Virus record (IMG/VR): IMGVR_UViG_3300019849_000002
Coordinates: 1 to 42,745 of that record
DNA length: 42,745 nt
Strand: one strand, 5' to 3'
Source: a virus
The translations under genes were made by a program, and so were the position numbers. Below, piece after piece: positions 7,460-13,538 of the stretch (within the stretch, counting starts at the first letter, position 1; each line of letters starts with the position of its first letter). The notes below the pieces were generated by a model, which was given only the letters and a program-made list of their open reading frames with translations, did not search any database and had not been told where the DNA came from.

Positions 7460-7675
7460 TTACTCCCTATTCTTGGGGACTTTATAATCTACAAATTCAG
7501 GCCCTTGGTGAATGCAGGTTGCTTCAATCCAAACTTGGCTTTCCTCTGTAGAATAGTCTGCGCTTTGATCTAGAGCCTGCAGGATAGCAGTCTCTAGAAA
7601 CTCTTGGGCGGTATCGCGTGATGGATTGTCGTTATTACGCAATCTCACAACAAACATGTGTCCACCGTCACTCAT
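7460..7675 (-). CDS. Hypothetical acidic protein (71 aa)
   Basis: Track ORF with SD AGGAAA upstream. Its C-terminus VPKNRE-stop is encoded by a PAL16 copy. Confidence 0.7.
   Translation of the reverse strand: MSDGGHMFVVRLRNNDNPSRDTAQEFLETAILQALDQSADYSTEESQVWIEATCIHQGPEFVDYKVPKNRE
7464..7479. repeat. PAL16 copy
   Basis: tccct-attctt-gggga; last codons of 7460..7675, 7 nt upstream of ATG 7456. Confidence 0.9.
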
Positions 7676-7687
7676 CTTTTATTTCCT

Positions 7688-7716
7688 AGAAAAGTAGCGG
7701 TACAAAGTACCGCTAC
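7688..7716 (-). terminator. Intrinsic terminator/attenuator hairpin
   Basis: Perfect 10-bp stem GTAGCGGTAC-ttt-GTACCGCTAC followed by TTTTCT on the minus strand, between 7746..8603 and 7460..7675. Confidence 0.65.
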
Positions 7717-7745
7717 TATTAACCAAATGACAAACACTGTTGTCA

Positions 7746-8603
7746 TTAGATCAACTCATCGTTGTCGTATTCGACCCACTTACCTTCAAGTTTGAAAGAA
7801 ACAAGCCATTTGTTAGCACGACGAGATTTCGTGCCGATCTTTACAACGCGGGCAAACTCTCCATCAACAATTACAAAATCACCAATTTCGTAATCTCCCT
7901 CTTTTGCAAAGTAATGGTAGCAATTAGAGCTAGCAGCATCATCTTTACCAAACACAACTCCGACAGTGTAAGGCATGACCTCTTCAACAGTCTTTTTCTC
8001 TACTGTTGCAGTGTTTCCATTAGTACCTTTCACCTCCATGACCCAGCGGCCATCTGACATTGTTCCGATATGATGACCGAAAAGCTCTGTCTCGCCATCT
8101 TTCCAAGTGTAAAGTTTAGTAGTCATGTCTTTTTCCTTTTCTTTGACATAGTTTGCAGTTTCGTGTAACTTTTCTAACCATCTTTGCTCTATGATAGAAA
8201 AGTCAACATCTTCAACCATTACAGGTTTTCTTTTTGGACGTACATTCTCAGAATTAGGACAAAAATCAGTAGTACTTCTACCTGTAACAGTAGGTTCTCT
8301 GTGTCTAGGTGAAGTCAGCCCTTTCCTAAGCTCATAAGCATGAATTGTCATGCCATATTTAACAACCTTGTGACGATTGTTCCAAAACGATAACTTAGAA
8401 TTCACGTAGTAGCAAAGAACAGCGTCACACTTAGGACATTCCCTTATGACCTTAAAAGGTGCGCTGGATCCTTCTAACTTCCATAGCTCTCTGTCTTTCA
8501 CCTTCTTTGTTTTACATTTGCCTTTACAATCACAGCCGCATTCTTTTGCTGCACGGCGAGTCATTGTACCTCCGTCCATGTGTTTAATATCTGATACTGT
8601 CAT
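7746..8603 (-). CDS. Hypothetical protein with N-terminal Cys-rich (Zn-binding-like) region
   Basis: 285 aa with CGCDCKGKCK and CPKCDAVLC; SD GAGGTGA before ATG 8603. Confidence 0.75.
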   Translation of the reverse strand: MTVSDIKHMDGGTMTRRAAKECGCDCKGKCKTKKVKDRELWKLEGSSAPFKVIRECPKCDAVLCYYVNSKLSFWNNRHKVVKYGMTIHAYELRKGLTSPRHREPTVTGRSTTDFCPNSENVRPKRKPVMVEDVDFSIIEQRWLEKLHETANYVKEKEKDMTTKLYTWKDGETELFGHHIGTMSDGRWVMEVKGTNGNTATVEKKTVEEVMPYTVGVVFGKDDAASSNCYHYFAKEGDYEIGDFVIVDGEFARVVKIGTKSRRANKWLVSFKLEGKWVEYDNDELI

Positions 8604-8611
8604 TTTTCACC

Positions 8612-8761
8612 TCATGCGTGTGCTGATATTAATATGAAGCCGACAACAGCAGCCAGTATTAGCAATAAGGCACCGCAAGCTAGCAATCCTATTACAACGT
8701 CTGGCCCAAAAAGCATGATCAACGTCATGATTATTAGTACTATCAAGATAGCCCATAACAT
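8612..8761 (-). CDS. Small membrane protein (49 aa), below the ORF-track cut-off
   Basis: MLWAILIVLIIMTLIMLFGPDVVIGLLACGALLLILAAVVGFILISAHA. ATG 8761 lies 8 nt after PAL16 arm TAGGGAGT. Confidence 0.55.
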   Translation of the reverse strand: MLWAILIVLIIMTLIMLFGPDVVIGLLACGALLLILAAVVGFILISAHA

Positions 8762-8769
8762 ATATCTAC

Positions 8770-8785
8770 TCCCTAGCTCTGGGGA
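8770..8785. repeat. PAL16 copy
   Basis: tccct-agctct-gggga; overlaps the 3' end of 8773..9528, 8 nt upstream of ATG 8761. Confidence 0.9.
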
Positions 8786-9528
8786 CTGCCAAGCAAAACT
8801 TGACCGCCCTTGTTAACTGACCTGCCTACGTCTGCACGACCACCAGCCATAGCGCCAGCAGCAGACGCTTTGTCATTGTGGCCCATCTTACCCATAGGTC
8901 CACCGCTACCCAAATGTACACCTAGCTCGCCCAACCTACGAATAGTCAAGTCTGACTTAACCAAAGCCAAGGCGGTACCGCTACCATCCGACGCCAACTC
9001 ATCATTCTCGCAAACCCACGCTTCCATTCTGCCCCACACCGCTCTAGACCAGCTACGATAGAAAGCTACACGCTCTTGTACTAAGTCAACATTGCGGCGG
9101 CTCGCACGTTTGTTCTTGTAGATGCGCCATTCATTGTCTGCCTGTTGTTTAAAGCTTTCCAGCATCCAAACACAGTACTCAACATCCATGTCGCGTCCAA
9201 AATAACGGATATAACGCTTGTTATCTAATGTAGTTATATCCCAATACTGGATACATCCACAAAACTTAGCAACACGCAGTCCCAAAAACCGATCAATAGG
9301 ATGAAATGCAGCTTTGCCGTCACGTGTGCGTCTCCCCATCTCGTCGCGATAACGATACTCATCAGCCTCTACATGAGCTAGATCACTTTCCGATATATCA
9401 TTTTTCTTCATCAGCTTTTGAGCTTTAGCCATACACGCTGCCGCCTCGCTTGCACTAGCACCGCTATCACTAGACTTTGTCAAAAGCGATTTGATTGTCT
9501 CTTTCAGCTTTTCCTTATCCACCGCCAT
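8773..9528 (-). CDS. DUF2786-like protein
   Basis: 251 aa. The N-terminal KSLLTKSSDSGASASEAAACMAKAQKLMKK fits the DUF2786 helical pattern, from memory. Confidence 0.65.
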   Translation of the reverse strand: MAVDKEKLKETIKSLLTKSSDSGASASEAAACMAKAQKLMKKNDISESDLAHVEADEYRYRDEMGRRTRDGKAAFHPIDRFLGLRVAKFCGCIQYWDITTLDNKRYIRYFGRDMDVEYCVWMLESFKQQADNEWRIYKNKRASRRNVDLVQERVAFYRSWSRAVWGRMEAWVCENDELASDGSGTALALVKSDLTIRRLGELGVHLGSGGPMGKMGHNDKASAAGAMAGGRADVGRSVNKGGQVLLGSPQS

Positions 9529-9898
9529 GACCCTCCTGCTCCCCAGCGCTAGGGAGATACTTTTCCTCTAGCTTGTCTGCTATGCCAGCAAAAGACAAAT
9601 GTTCATCGTCGTTTAGCTCGAATATATATTCACACATATAAGCAGCTAATTCTCTGTCTTTTATATCTTTTTCTGCTACAGTGTTAATAACTAATTCACG
9701 TTCTGGTGTGTAAAATCCCCAATGCGGGTTTTCTTGATCATCATTAAGGTCGTAAACTTTATTGCCGAAAGCCTCAGTTATAACTCCAATTGCACACATA
9801 CAATTCGGGTTTTTATAAGACACATAAGAGCCTGTGATCTGTACTTTATCAGTCTCACGTAAAGCCTTAATAGCTTCTCTAAGCTTATCTTCTCTCAT
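9515..9898 (-). CDS. Hypothetical protein (127 aa)
   Basis: Start moved to ATG 9898 (MREDKL). The track extension to 9925 reads through the 5'-UTR palindrome, whose arm TAGGGAAT lies 8 nt upstream. Confidence 0.7.
   Translation of the reverse strand: MREDKLREAIKALRETDKVQITGSYVSYKNPNCMCAIGVITEAFGNKVYDLNDDQENPHWGFYTPERELVINTVAEKDIKDRELAAYMCEYIFELNDDEHLSFAGIADKLEEKYLPSAGEQEGHGGG
9540..9555. repeat. PAL16 copy
   Basis: tcccc-agcgct-aggga; 3' end of 9515..9898, 11 nt upstream of ATG 9528. Confidence 0.9.
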
Positions 9899-9906
9899 CT
9901 CAGTAT

Positions 9907-9922
9907 TCCCTAGCAGTGGGGA
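9907..9922. repeat. PAL16 copy
   Basis: tccct-agcagt-gggga; in the 5' UTR between the promoter -10 and ATG 9898. Confidence 0.9.
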
Positions 9923-9942
9923 CAACCCCTGTTCACATACTA

Positions 9943-9988
9943 AATATAGCCTAATACCTATTCAGTGTCAAGACACAATTTGCTCTAG
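9943..9988 (-). promoter_or_regulatory. Sigma70-like promoter with conserved upstream box (leftward)
   Basis: Sense strand reads CTAGAGCAAATT-gtgtc-TTGACA-17 nt-TATATT. Plus-strand coordinates: box 9977..9988, -35 at 9966..9971, -10 at 9943..9948. Confidence 0.6.
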
Positions 9989-10011
9989 GGATAAAATAAT
10001 CTGATCTAAAA

Positions 10012-10076
10012 TCAAAATAACGTGTAGTTATACAAATGGATCGAAAGTCAAAATAACGTGTAGTTATACAAATGGA
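10012..10076. repeat. Two perfect 29-bp direct repeats (period 36 bp)
   Basis: tcaaaataacgtgtagttatacaaatgga occurs at 10012..10040 and 10048..10076. The pair lies between terminator 10123..10160 and promoter 9943..9988. Confidence 0.9.
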
Positions 10077-10122
10077 CATAAAACCATTTCGTCACTACTC
10101 TATCCAGCACCCAGCCAAACAC

Positions 10123-10160
10123 GCAAAAAACCCGGCGCACTGTTTCCAGCCCGCCGGGTT
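10123..10160 (-). terminator. Rho-independent terminator
   Basis: Minus strand reads AACCCGGCG-14 nt loop-CGCCGGGTT followed by TTTTG, 3 nt after the stop of 10164..10433. Confidence 0.8.
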
Positions 10161-10163
10161 ACT

Positions 10164-10433
10164 TCATCTTACTTTAATCATAAACTCAAGGACAGCGACA
10201 ACACAAACCGATGCACTAAATTCCATAGTACTTGCAGTTTGCCCTACTAATCTGGGAACGCCTCCAAGCTTAGCCCAAATCTCGCCATCTGGAAATACCT
10301 TGAATATCTCTAAGGCGTCTAAGAAAACATGTGATCTATTGCCGTTTCTCATTGCTGTAAACTCAGCAAAAAGCACGTCACCGCTTCTAATGCTTACACG
10401 TCCTAGCTCTCTTTGTAGCTCACTCATTTCCAC
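10164..10433 (-). CDS. Hypothetical protein (89 aa)
   Basis: Track ORF with SD AAGGAAAG before ATG 10433. Confidence 0.7.
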   Translation of the reverse strand: MEMSELQRELGRVSIRSGDVLFAEFTAMRNGNRSHVFLDALEIFKVFPDGEIWAKLGGVPRLVGQTASTMEFSASVCVVAVLEFMIKVR

Positions 10434-10467
10434 TTTCCTTTGTTGTTTCAGTTGTGCGGGGTATCAG

Positions 10468-10483
10468 TCCCTAGCGATAGGGA
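10468..10483. repeat. PAL16 copy
   Basis: tccct-agcgat-aggga; intergenic, abuts the stop of 10484..11848. Confidence 0.9.
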
Positions 10484-11848
10484 TTATTCGACGCTATCGG
10501 TCTCATCCTCAGCTTCACCATCTGTCATGACTTCACCGCTCAGAATGTCCGCAATGATGGCTTCACCATTTGCAATCATTCCGACATGACGGTTCATCAA
10601 GTCGATAACAGCTTGTGCAGCCGATACGCTTTCAGCGTCGTAGCCAAGAACAACATTGTCGTCCTCGTCTACCTCCTCGACAAGAACAGCGCTCAAGATA
10701 TTGAACAGATGGCGCGCTTGCACCGCTGTTTCCATATCTTCAAAGGCTTTCGTCTTAGCAGCGGTGACAAGCTCATCAGCCGCGCCTTTAACACTTTCTG
10801 CCCGAGCATTGTCGCGAGTAACCTGAACAGCGTTTTTAGAGGCTTTCATTGCCTTAATCAACGCCGCGCCAAGCTCATCGCCACGTTCAACAGTAAGAAC
10901 ACCTTTCGGGCTTTCTTCACCGCTTGTCAGTTCAGTGTCAGACGCCAGAACATTCTTATCGCCCCAATTGTCATAATGCAGTCGCGCCAGTTCCTCGGCG
11001 GTATCTGCAAAATCCGGGTCAATATCCAGTTCAGTAACGGCATAGATACCGCCCTCAACCACTGCCGACAAGATTTGACGAAACTTGCCGGTATAGCCTT
11101 CGGACCATTCATCGCCGACACTCTGAGGAATGTCACCACTAATCAGCCCAGCCATGCCAGCAGCCAATGCACCGCGCGATTGTTCAACATGACCGCGAAT
11201 ACTGCTTGCAGTCATCAAATCGCCCGGCACGCTAGCCATCAAATCCGAAAACTCAGCAATACGCGCCAACATGCTCATGTTGCCAGCGTAGTTCTTGCCG
11301 CGTTCCTCGCGTCCTAGCCATTCACTCAGCGCTCCCTCAGTCCGTCCTTTCATCTCATCCCACCAAAGCCCGAAAGCTTTCTTGTGATCAAATTTAGTCC
11401 GAATATTGTTGAACGTCTCAGCTACAGTAACATGCATTTCGCGCGTTTTATCTTCTGCAGCAGCTTTCTGCTCCAAAGCACCTGCCAACTCAATGGCGCT
11501 AGCTTCACCAATTGCTTTATCTTGATCACTCAATTCAGCAAACGTTTTCGGCTCAGGTGCTTTGTTGTCCCCAGCGGTAGGGAATGCGTCACTCTCTTTC
11601 ACATCAGCGACATTGTAGCCCTCGGGCTTCATATCCACGGCGCGGATTGCAGCTTTAATGGCTGGAGCCAATGCAGCCGCCTCTTTACCGTGTGTCCCTT
11701 CAATGTAAGCGATGTAACGCCACTTACCTTTGTCGTTTTTGCCCTTGATAGCACTGACAGAAAGAATGTCCTCGCCCTCTTCAACAGGTTGAACGGCGAT
11801 TACACGGCTTTCTACGATACCATCAAGGTTGATTTCTGTTTTGCTCAT
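10484..11848 (-). CDS. Large acidic early protein (454 aa), first gene of the leftward arm
   Basis: Track ORF, visibly GC-richer than its neighbours, with a very acidic C-terminus (..TDGEAEDETDSVE). No family recognised. Confidence 0.8.
   Translation of the reverse strand: MSKTEINLDGIVESRVIAVQPVEEGEDILSVSAIKGKNDKGKWRYIAYIEGTHGKEAAALAPAIKAAIRAVDMKPEGYNVADVKESDAFPTAGDNKAPEPKTFAELSDQDKAIGEASAIELAGALEQKAAAEDKTREMHVTVAETFNNIRTKFDHKKAFGLWWDEMKGRTEGALSEWLGREERGKNYAGNMSMLARIAEFSDLMASVPGDLMTASSIRGHVEQSRGALAAGMAGLISGDIPQSVGDEWSEGYTGKFRQILSAVVEGGIYAVTELDIDPDFADTAEELARLHYDNWGDKNVLASDTELTSGEESPKGVLTVERGDELGAALIKAMKASKNAVQVTRDNARAESVKGAADELVTAAKTKAFEDMETAVQARHLFNILSAVLVEEVDEDDNVVLGYDAESVSAAQAVIDLMNRHVGMIANGEAIIADILSGEVMTDGEAEDETDSVE
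11568..11583. repeat. PAL16 copy
   Basis: tcccc-agcggt-aggga; inside CDS 10484..11848 (FPTAGD). Confidence 0.9.
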
Positions 11849-11893
11849 TAGTCTATTCCTCTATGTTTTTAGAGAGGTGAATAACAAAACTAG

Positions 11894-11909
11894 TCCCCAG
11901 CATTAGGGA
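11894..11909. repeat. PAL16 copy with extended arms (11890..11913)
   Basis: ctagtcccc-agcatt-agggactag. On the minus strand it is followed by TTTTGTTATT, 45 nt upstream of ATG 11848. Confidence 0.9.
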
Positions 11910-11915
11910 CTAGCT

Positions 11916-11972
11916 GCGGGATACCGCACGATACCGCCTTAAAAGCAAAAGCGGTATTGTGCGATACCCCGC
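11916..11972. repeat. 22-bp imperfect inverted repeat with 13-nt loop
   Basis: gcgggataccgcacgataccgc (11916..11937) pairs with gcggtattgtgcgataccccgc (11951..11972), with 2 mismatches and 1 G.T. Confidence 0.85.
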
Positions 11973-12092
11973 ACAACAGAAACAACAACGATTTATTATC
12001 GGGCATTAAGCCCTAAAACCAATAAGACCAACAATGTCAAAGAGCGTGGGGAGCAAGCAAGCACGCCGCGACCCCGATATATTGTAAGTTAG

Positions 12093-12108
12093 TCCCTATC
12101 AGTAGGGA
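12093..12108. repeat. PAL16 copy
   Basis: tccct-atcagt-aggga; in the divergent control region. Confidence 0.9.
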
Positions 12109-12213
12109 TTGCAAGCCCTAAAATGCACCCAGCAACCACTATTTTGTTCACTGTTTGTTCTAATTAATTTGCTTAATTTGGTTAATGTTCTTGTTTTGTT
12201 CTACATTTTAGAC

Positions 12214-12242
12214 TTGACAGTAAGAAGAAAAAATGTAATGAT
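12214..12242 (+). promoter_or_regulatory. Candidate rightward sigma70 promoter
   Basis: TTGACA (12214..12219), 17-nt spacer, then TGtAATGAT (extended -10 like, hexamer 12237..12242). An AT-rich TTTGTTC/TTAATTTG repeat tract lies upstream. Confidence 0.4.
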
Positions 12243-12329
12243 ACCAGTACGTTATGCGATTAAGGGAAACACGTGATGATGCAACTAGAACGGGAGTTTT
12301 AGAATGGTTCTAGACAATTAGCTTGACCA

Positions 12330-12347
12330 AATTTCAATTCCGCTTTC
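12330..12347 (-). repeat. 18-bp GAAAGCGG box, copy 1 (inverted)
   Basis: Minus strand reads gaaagcggaattgaaatt, matching copy 3 (13488..13505) at 16/18 (copy 2 at 14/18). Confidence 0.8.
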
Positions 12348-12386
12348 CCCTGATGGGGTAAGTCATTGAAAAGAAAGGAAAAAGAA

Positions 12387-12587
12387 ATGTCATACGTTAA
12401 GAGAGAAAATGTGCCTATTTTGTTCTCATTGGGATTTGCTAAGTTATTGATTTTATTGAATTTTTTTAAGTCACTGCTTGCCGGTTTTGCAGGTCCCCCC
12501 TATGGGGGGAGGGACCTAGCAAGACTTCAGACCGGCACAAGACGCTGTGACCTCGAAAATGATTTTGAGGCGGTGATTTATGCCTAG
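12387..12587 (+). CDS. Doubtful small ORF (66 aa)
   Basis: SD GAAAGGAAAAAG before ATG 12387, and an 8-nt overlap with the next ORF. However, base composition switches from AT-rich to GC-rich mid-ORF (~12485), so it may be spurious or chimeric. Confidence 0.3.
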   Translation: MSYVKRENVPILFSLGFAKLLILLNFFKSLLAGFAGPPYGGRDLARLQTGTRRCDLENDFEAVIYA

Positions 12588-13029
12588 ACCAAAATTCAAG
12601 GATCGCCGTCGGGGCCTCCAAAGACCGGAGCCGGATGAAGTCCCTGCTGAGAAGCCGCTGACGCCAGACCCTGAGACCGACGCAGGGACGCATACAGTCG
12701 CACCTCAAGAGATTCCGCCACATGTCTGGGCATTGCTCCAAGAGAGCGGCGAGCGGGCCGCTATGAGGCTGCTGGAGATGCTGAGCGCTGACCGCTTCCA
12801 GTCCTACTCTGCTGCGGTGCGTGCTCGCCTCATCGATCTAGCCTTGACCCGCGCTTACGGTCTGCCTGTCCGTCGCTCTGTCTCTGTGGACCTCACCAGC
12901 AACGACGCCGACGCCGTTGCAGCCGCGCTCAATGATCTGACCTCGAAACTACCCGAGCGAGCCGCGCAGGGACGCGCTCAGGGCTCTGATGGGCAGGTGA
13001 TAGATATCACCCCACCAAACGACACATGA
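12580..13029 (+). CDS. GC-rich hypothetical protein (149 aa); possible small terminase by position
   Basis: SD GAGG ~10 nt upstream. The N-terminus is Pro/Arg-rich. LALTRAYGLP loosely recalls the LDRxxGKP motif of some TerS proteins. It lies upstream of terL. Confidence 0.6.
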   Translation: MPRPKFKDRRRGLQRPEPDEVPAEKPLTPDPETDAGTHTVAPQEIPPHVWALLQESGERAAMRLLEMLSADRFQSYSAAVRARLIDLALTRAYGLPVRRSVSVDLTSNDADAVAAALNDLTSKLPERAAQGRAQGSDGQVIDITPPNDT

Positions 13030-13037
13030 CGTTCAGC

Positions 13038-13068
13038 GCGTCCCTGTGCGACTTATGACTAGGGACGC
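13038..13068. repeat. PAL16-like, long-loop variant
   Basis: gcgtccct-15 nt-agggacgc (8-bp arms), just after the stop of 12580..13029. Confidence 0.7.
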
Positions 13069-13072
13069 ACAT

Positions 13073-13087
13073 TCCCTTGACTAGGGA
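13073..13087. repeat. PAL16 spacing variant (5-nt spacer)
   Basis: tccct-tgact-aggga; intergenic. Confidence 0.7.
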
Positions 13088-13094
13088 CTATCAT

Positions 13095-13111
13095 TCCCTA
13101 CTGATTAGGGA
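13095..13111. repeat. PAL16 spacing variant (7-nt spacer)
   Basis: tccct-actgatt-aggga; intergenic. Confidence 0.7.
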
Positions 13112-13138
13112 GTAGTTTAGTCACTCAACTATCATCAG

Positions 13139-13154
13139 TCCCTATCGTTAGGGA
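13139..13154. repeat. PAL16 copy
   Basis: tccct-atcgtt-aggga; intergenic. Confidence 0.9.
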
Positions 13155-13185
13155 ATTGAACTATCTCAACCGAGATAGTTCAATT
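13154..13185. repeat. Perfect 14-bp-stem hairpin/palindrome
   Basis: aattgaactatctc-aacc-gagatagttcaatt. Confidence 0.95.
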
Positions 13186-13237
13186 ATTCAACTAAATTAG
13201 TTCAATGATTAAACTATTCGGACGCACATAGTTGAAT
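13155..13237. repeat. Cluster of five TAGTT(C/G)AAT 9-mers in both orientations
   Basis: 13155..13163(-), 13176..13184(+), 13186..13194(-), 13198..13206(+), 13229..13237(+). Confidence 0.85.
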
Positions 13238-13356
13238 CGTTAAACGTGTTGTTGACCCCCCGCCCCCGGGCCTTGGGTCCCTCCGATAATTTTAGAGTAC
13301 CCCCTGTGCGAGAAAACGTTCTGTTTCAAAAATTTTTTGCCGATCGACTTTTTGAC

Positions 13357-13372
13357 TCCCTACTATCAGGGA
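13357..13372. repeat. PAL16 copy
   Basis: tccct-actatc-aggga; intergenic, flanked by A/T tracts. Confidence 0.9.
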
Positions 13373-13412
13373 AAATAAAAAATTTTTTAAAATTTACTAT
13401 TTTTGGTCTGGG

Positions 13413-13430
13413 GAAAGCGGCATGAAGATT
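13413..13430 (+). repeat. 18-bp GAAAGCGG box, copy 2
   Basis: gaaagcggcatgaagatt; 5 nt upstream of TTGACT (13436). Confidence 0.8.
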
Positions 13431-13435
13431 TGCCC

Positions 13436-13464
13436 TTGACTTAAGACTTAAATTATGCAATAAA
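13436..13464 (+). promoter_or_regulatory. Weak candidate promoter for the packaging operon
   Basis: TTGACT, 17-nt spacer, then TGcAATAAA. The -10 is poor. Confidence 0.3.
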
Positions 13465-13487
13465 AACAACAACTTACGGCGCCTAGA

Positions 13488-13505
13488 GAAAGCGGAATTA
13501 AGATT
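13488..13505 (+). repeat. 18-bp GAAAGCGG box, copy 3
   Basis: gaaagcggaattaagatt (16/18 identical to copy 2). Confidence 0.8.
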
Positions 13506-13522
13506 ATCTCTTAACCACACAA

Positions 13523-13538
13523 TCCCCACCACTAGGGA
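13523..13538. repeat. PAL16 copy
   Basis: tcccc-accact-aggga; arm TAGGGAGT lies 10 nt upstream of ATG 13549. Confidence 0.9.

Larger units (their letters stand above)
12481..13300. other. GC-rich compositional island
   Basis: By eye ~60% G+C across 12490..13070, against the mid-40s elsewhere. It is bounded by C6-TAT-G6 plus GGAGGGACC (12492..12516) and by GACCCCCCGCCCCCGGG...GGTCCCTCC (13255..13290). Confidence 0.7.

Noticed and set aside
10012-10076. Possibility that the 29-bp direct repeats are a mini CRISPR array
   Set aside because: There are only two units, separated by 7 nt rather than a spacer-sized segment, with no leader or cas genes. They fit iterons or operators better.
12093-12108. 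Reading the palindrome arms as telomere-like TTAGGG repeats or as paired type IIS restriction sites (GGGAC)
   Set aside because: The TTAGGG resemblance occurs in only some copies and never in tandem. Phages normally deplete restriction sites rather than enrich them, and the outer base is not always C. I treated both as coincidence.
12466-12741. 91-aa minus-strand ORF in the GC-rich island
   Set aside because: It is antisense to the better-supported 12580..13029 ORF. High GC inflates spurious ORF length.
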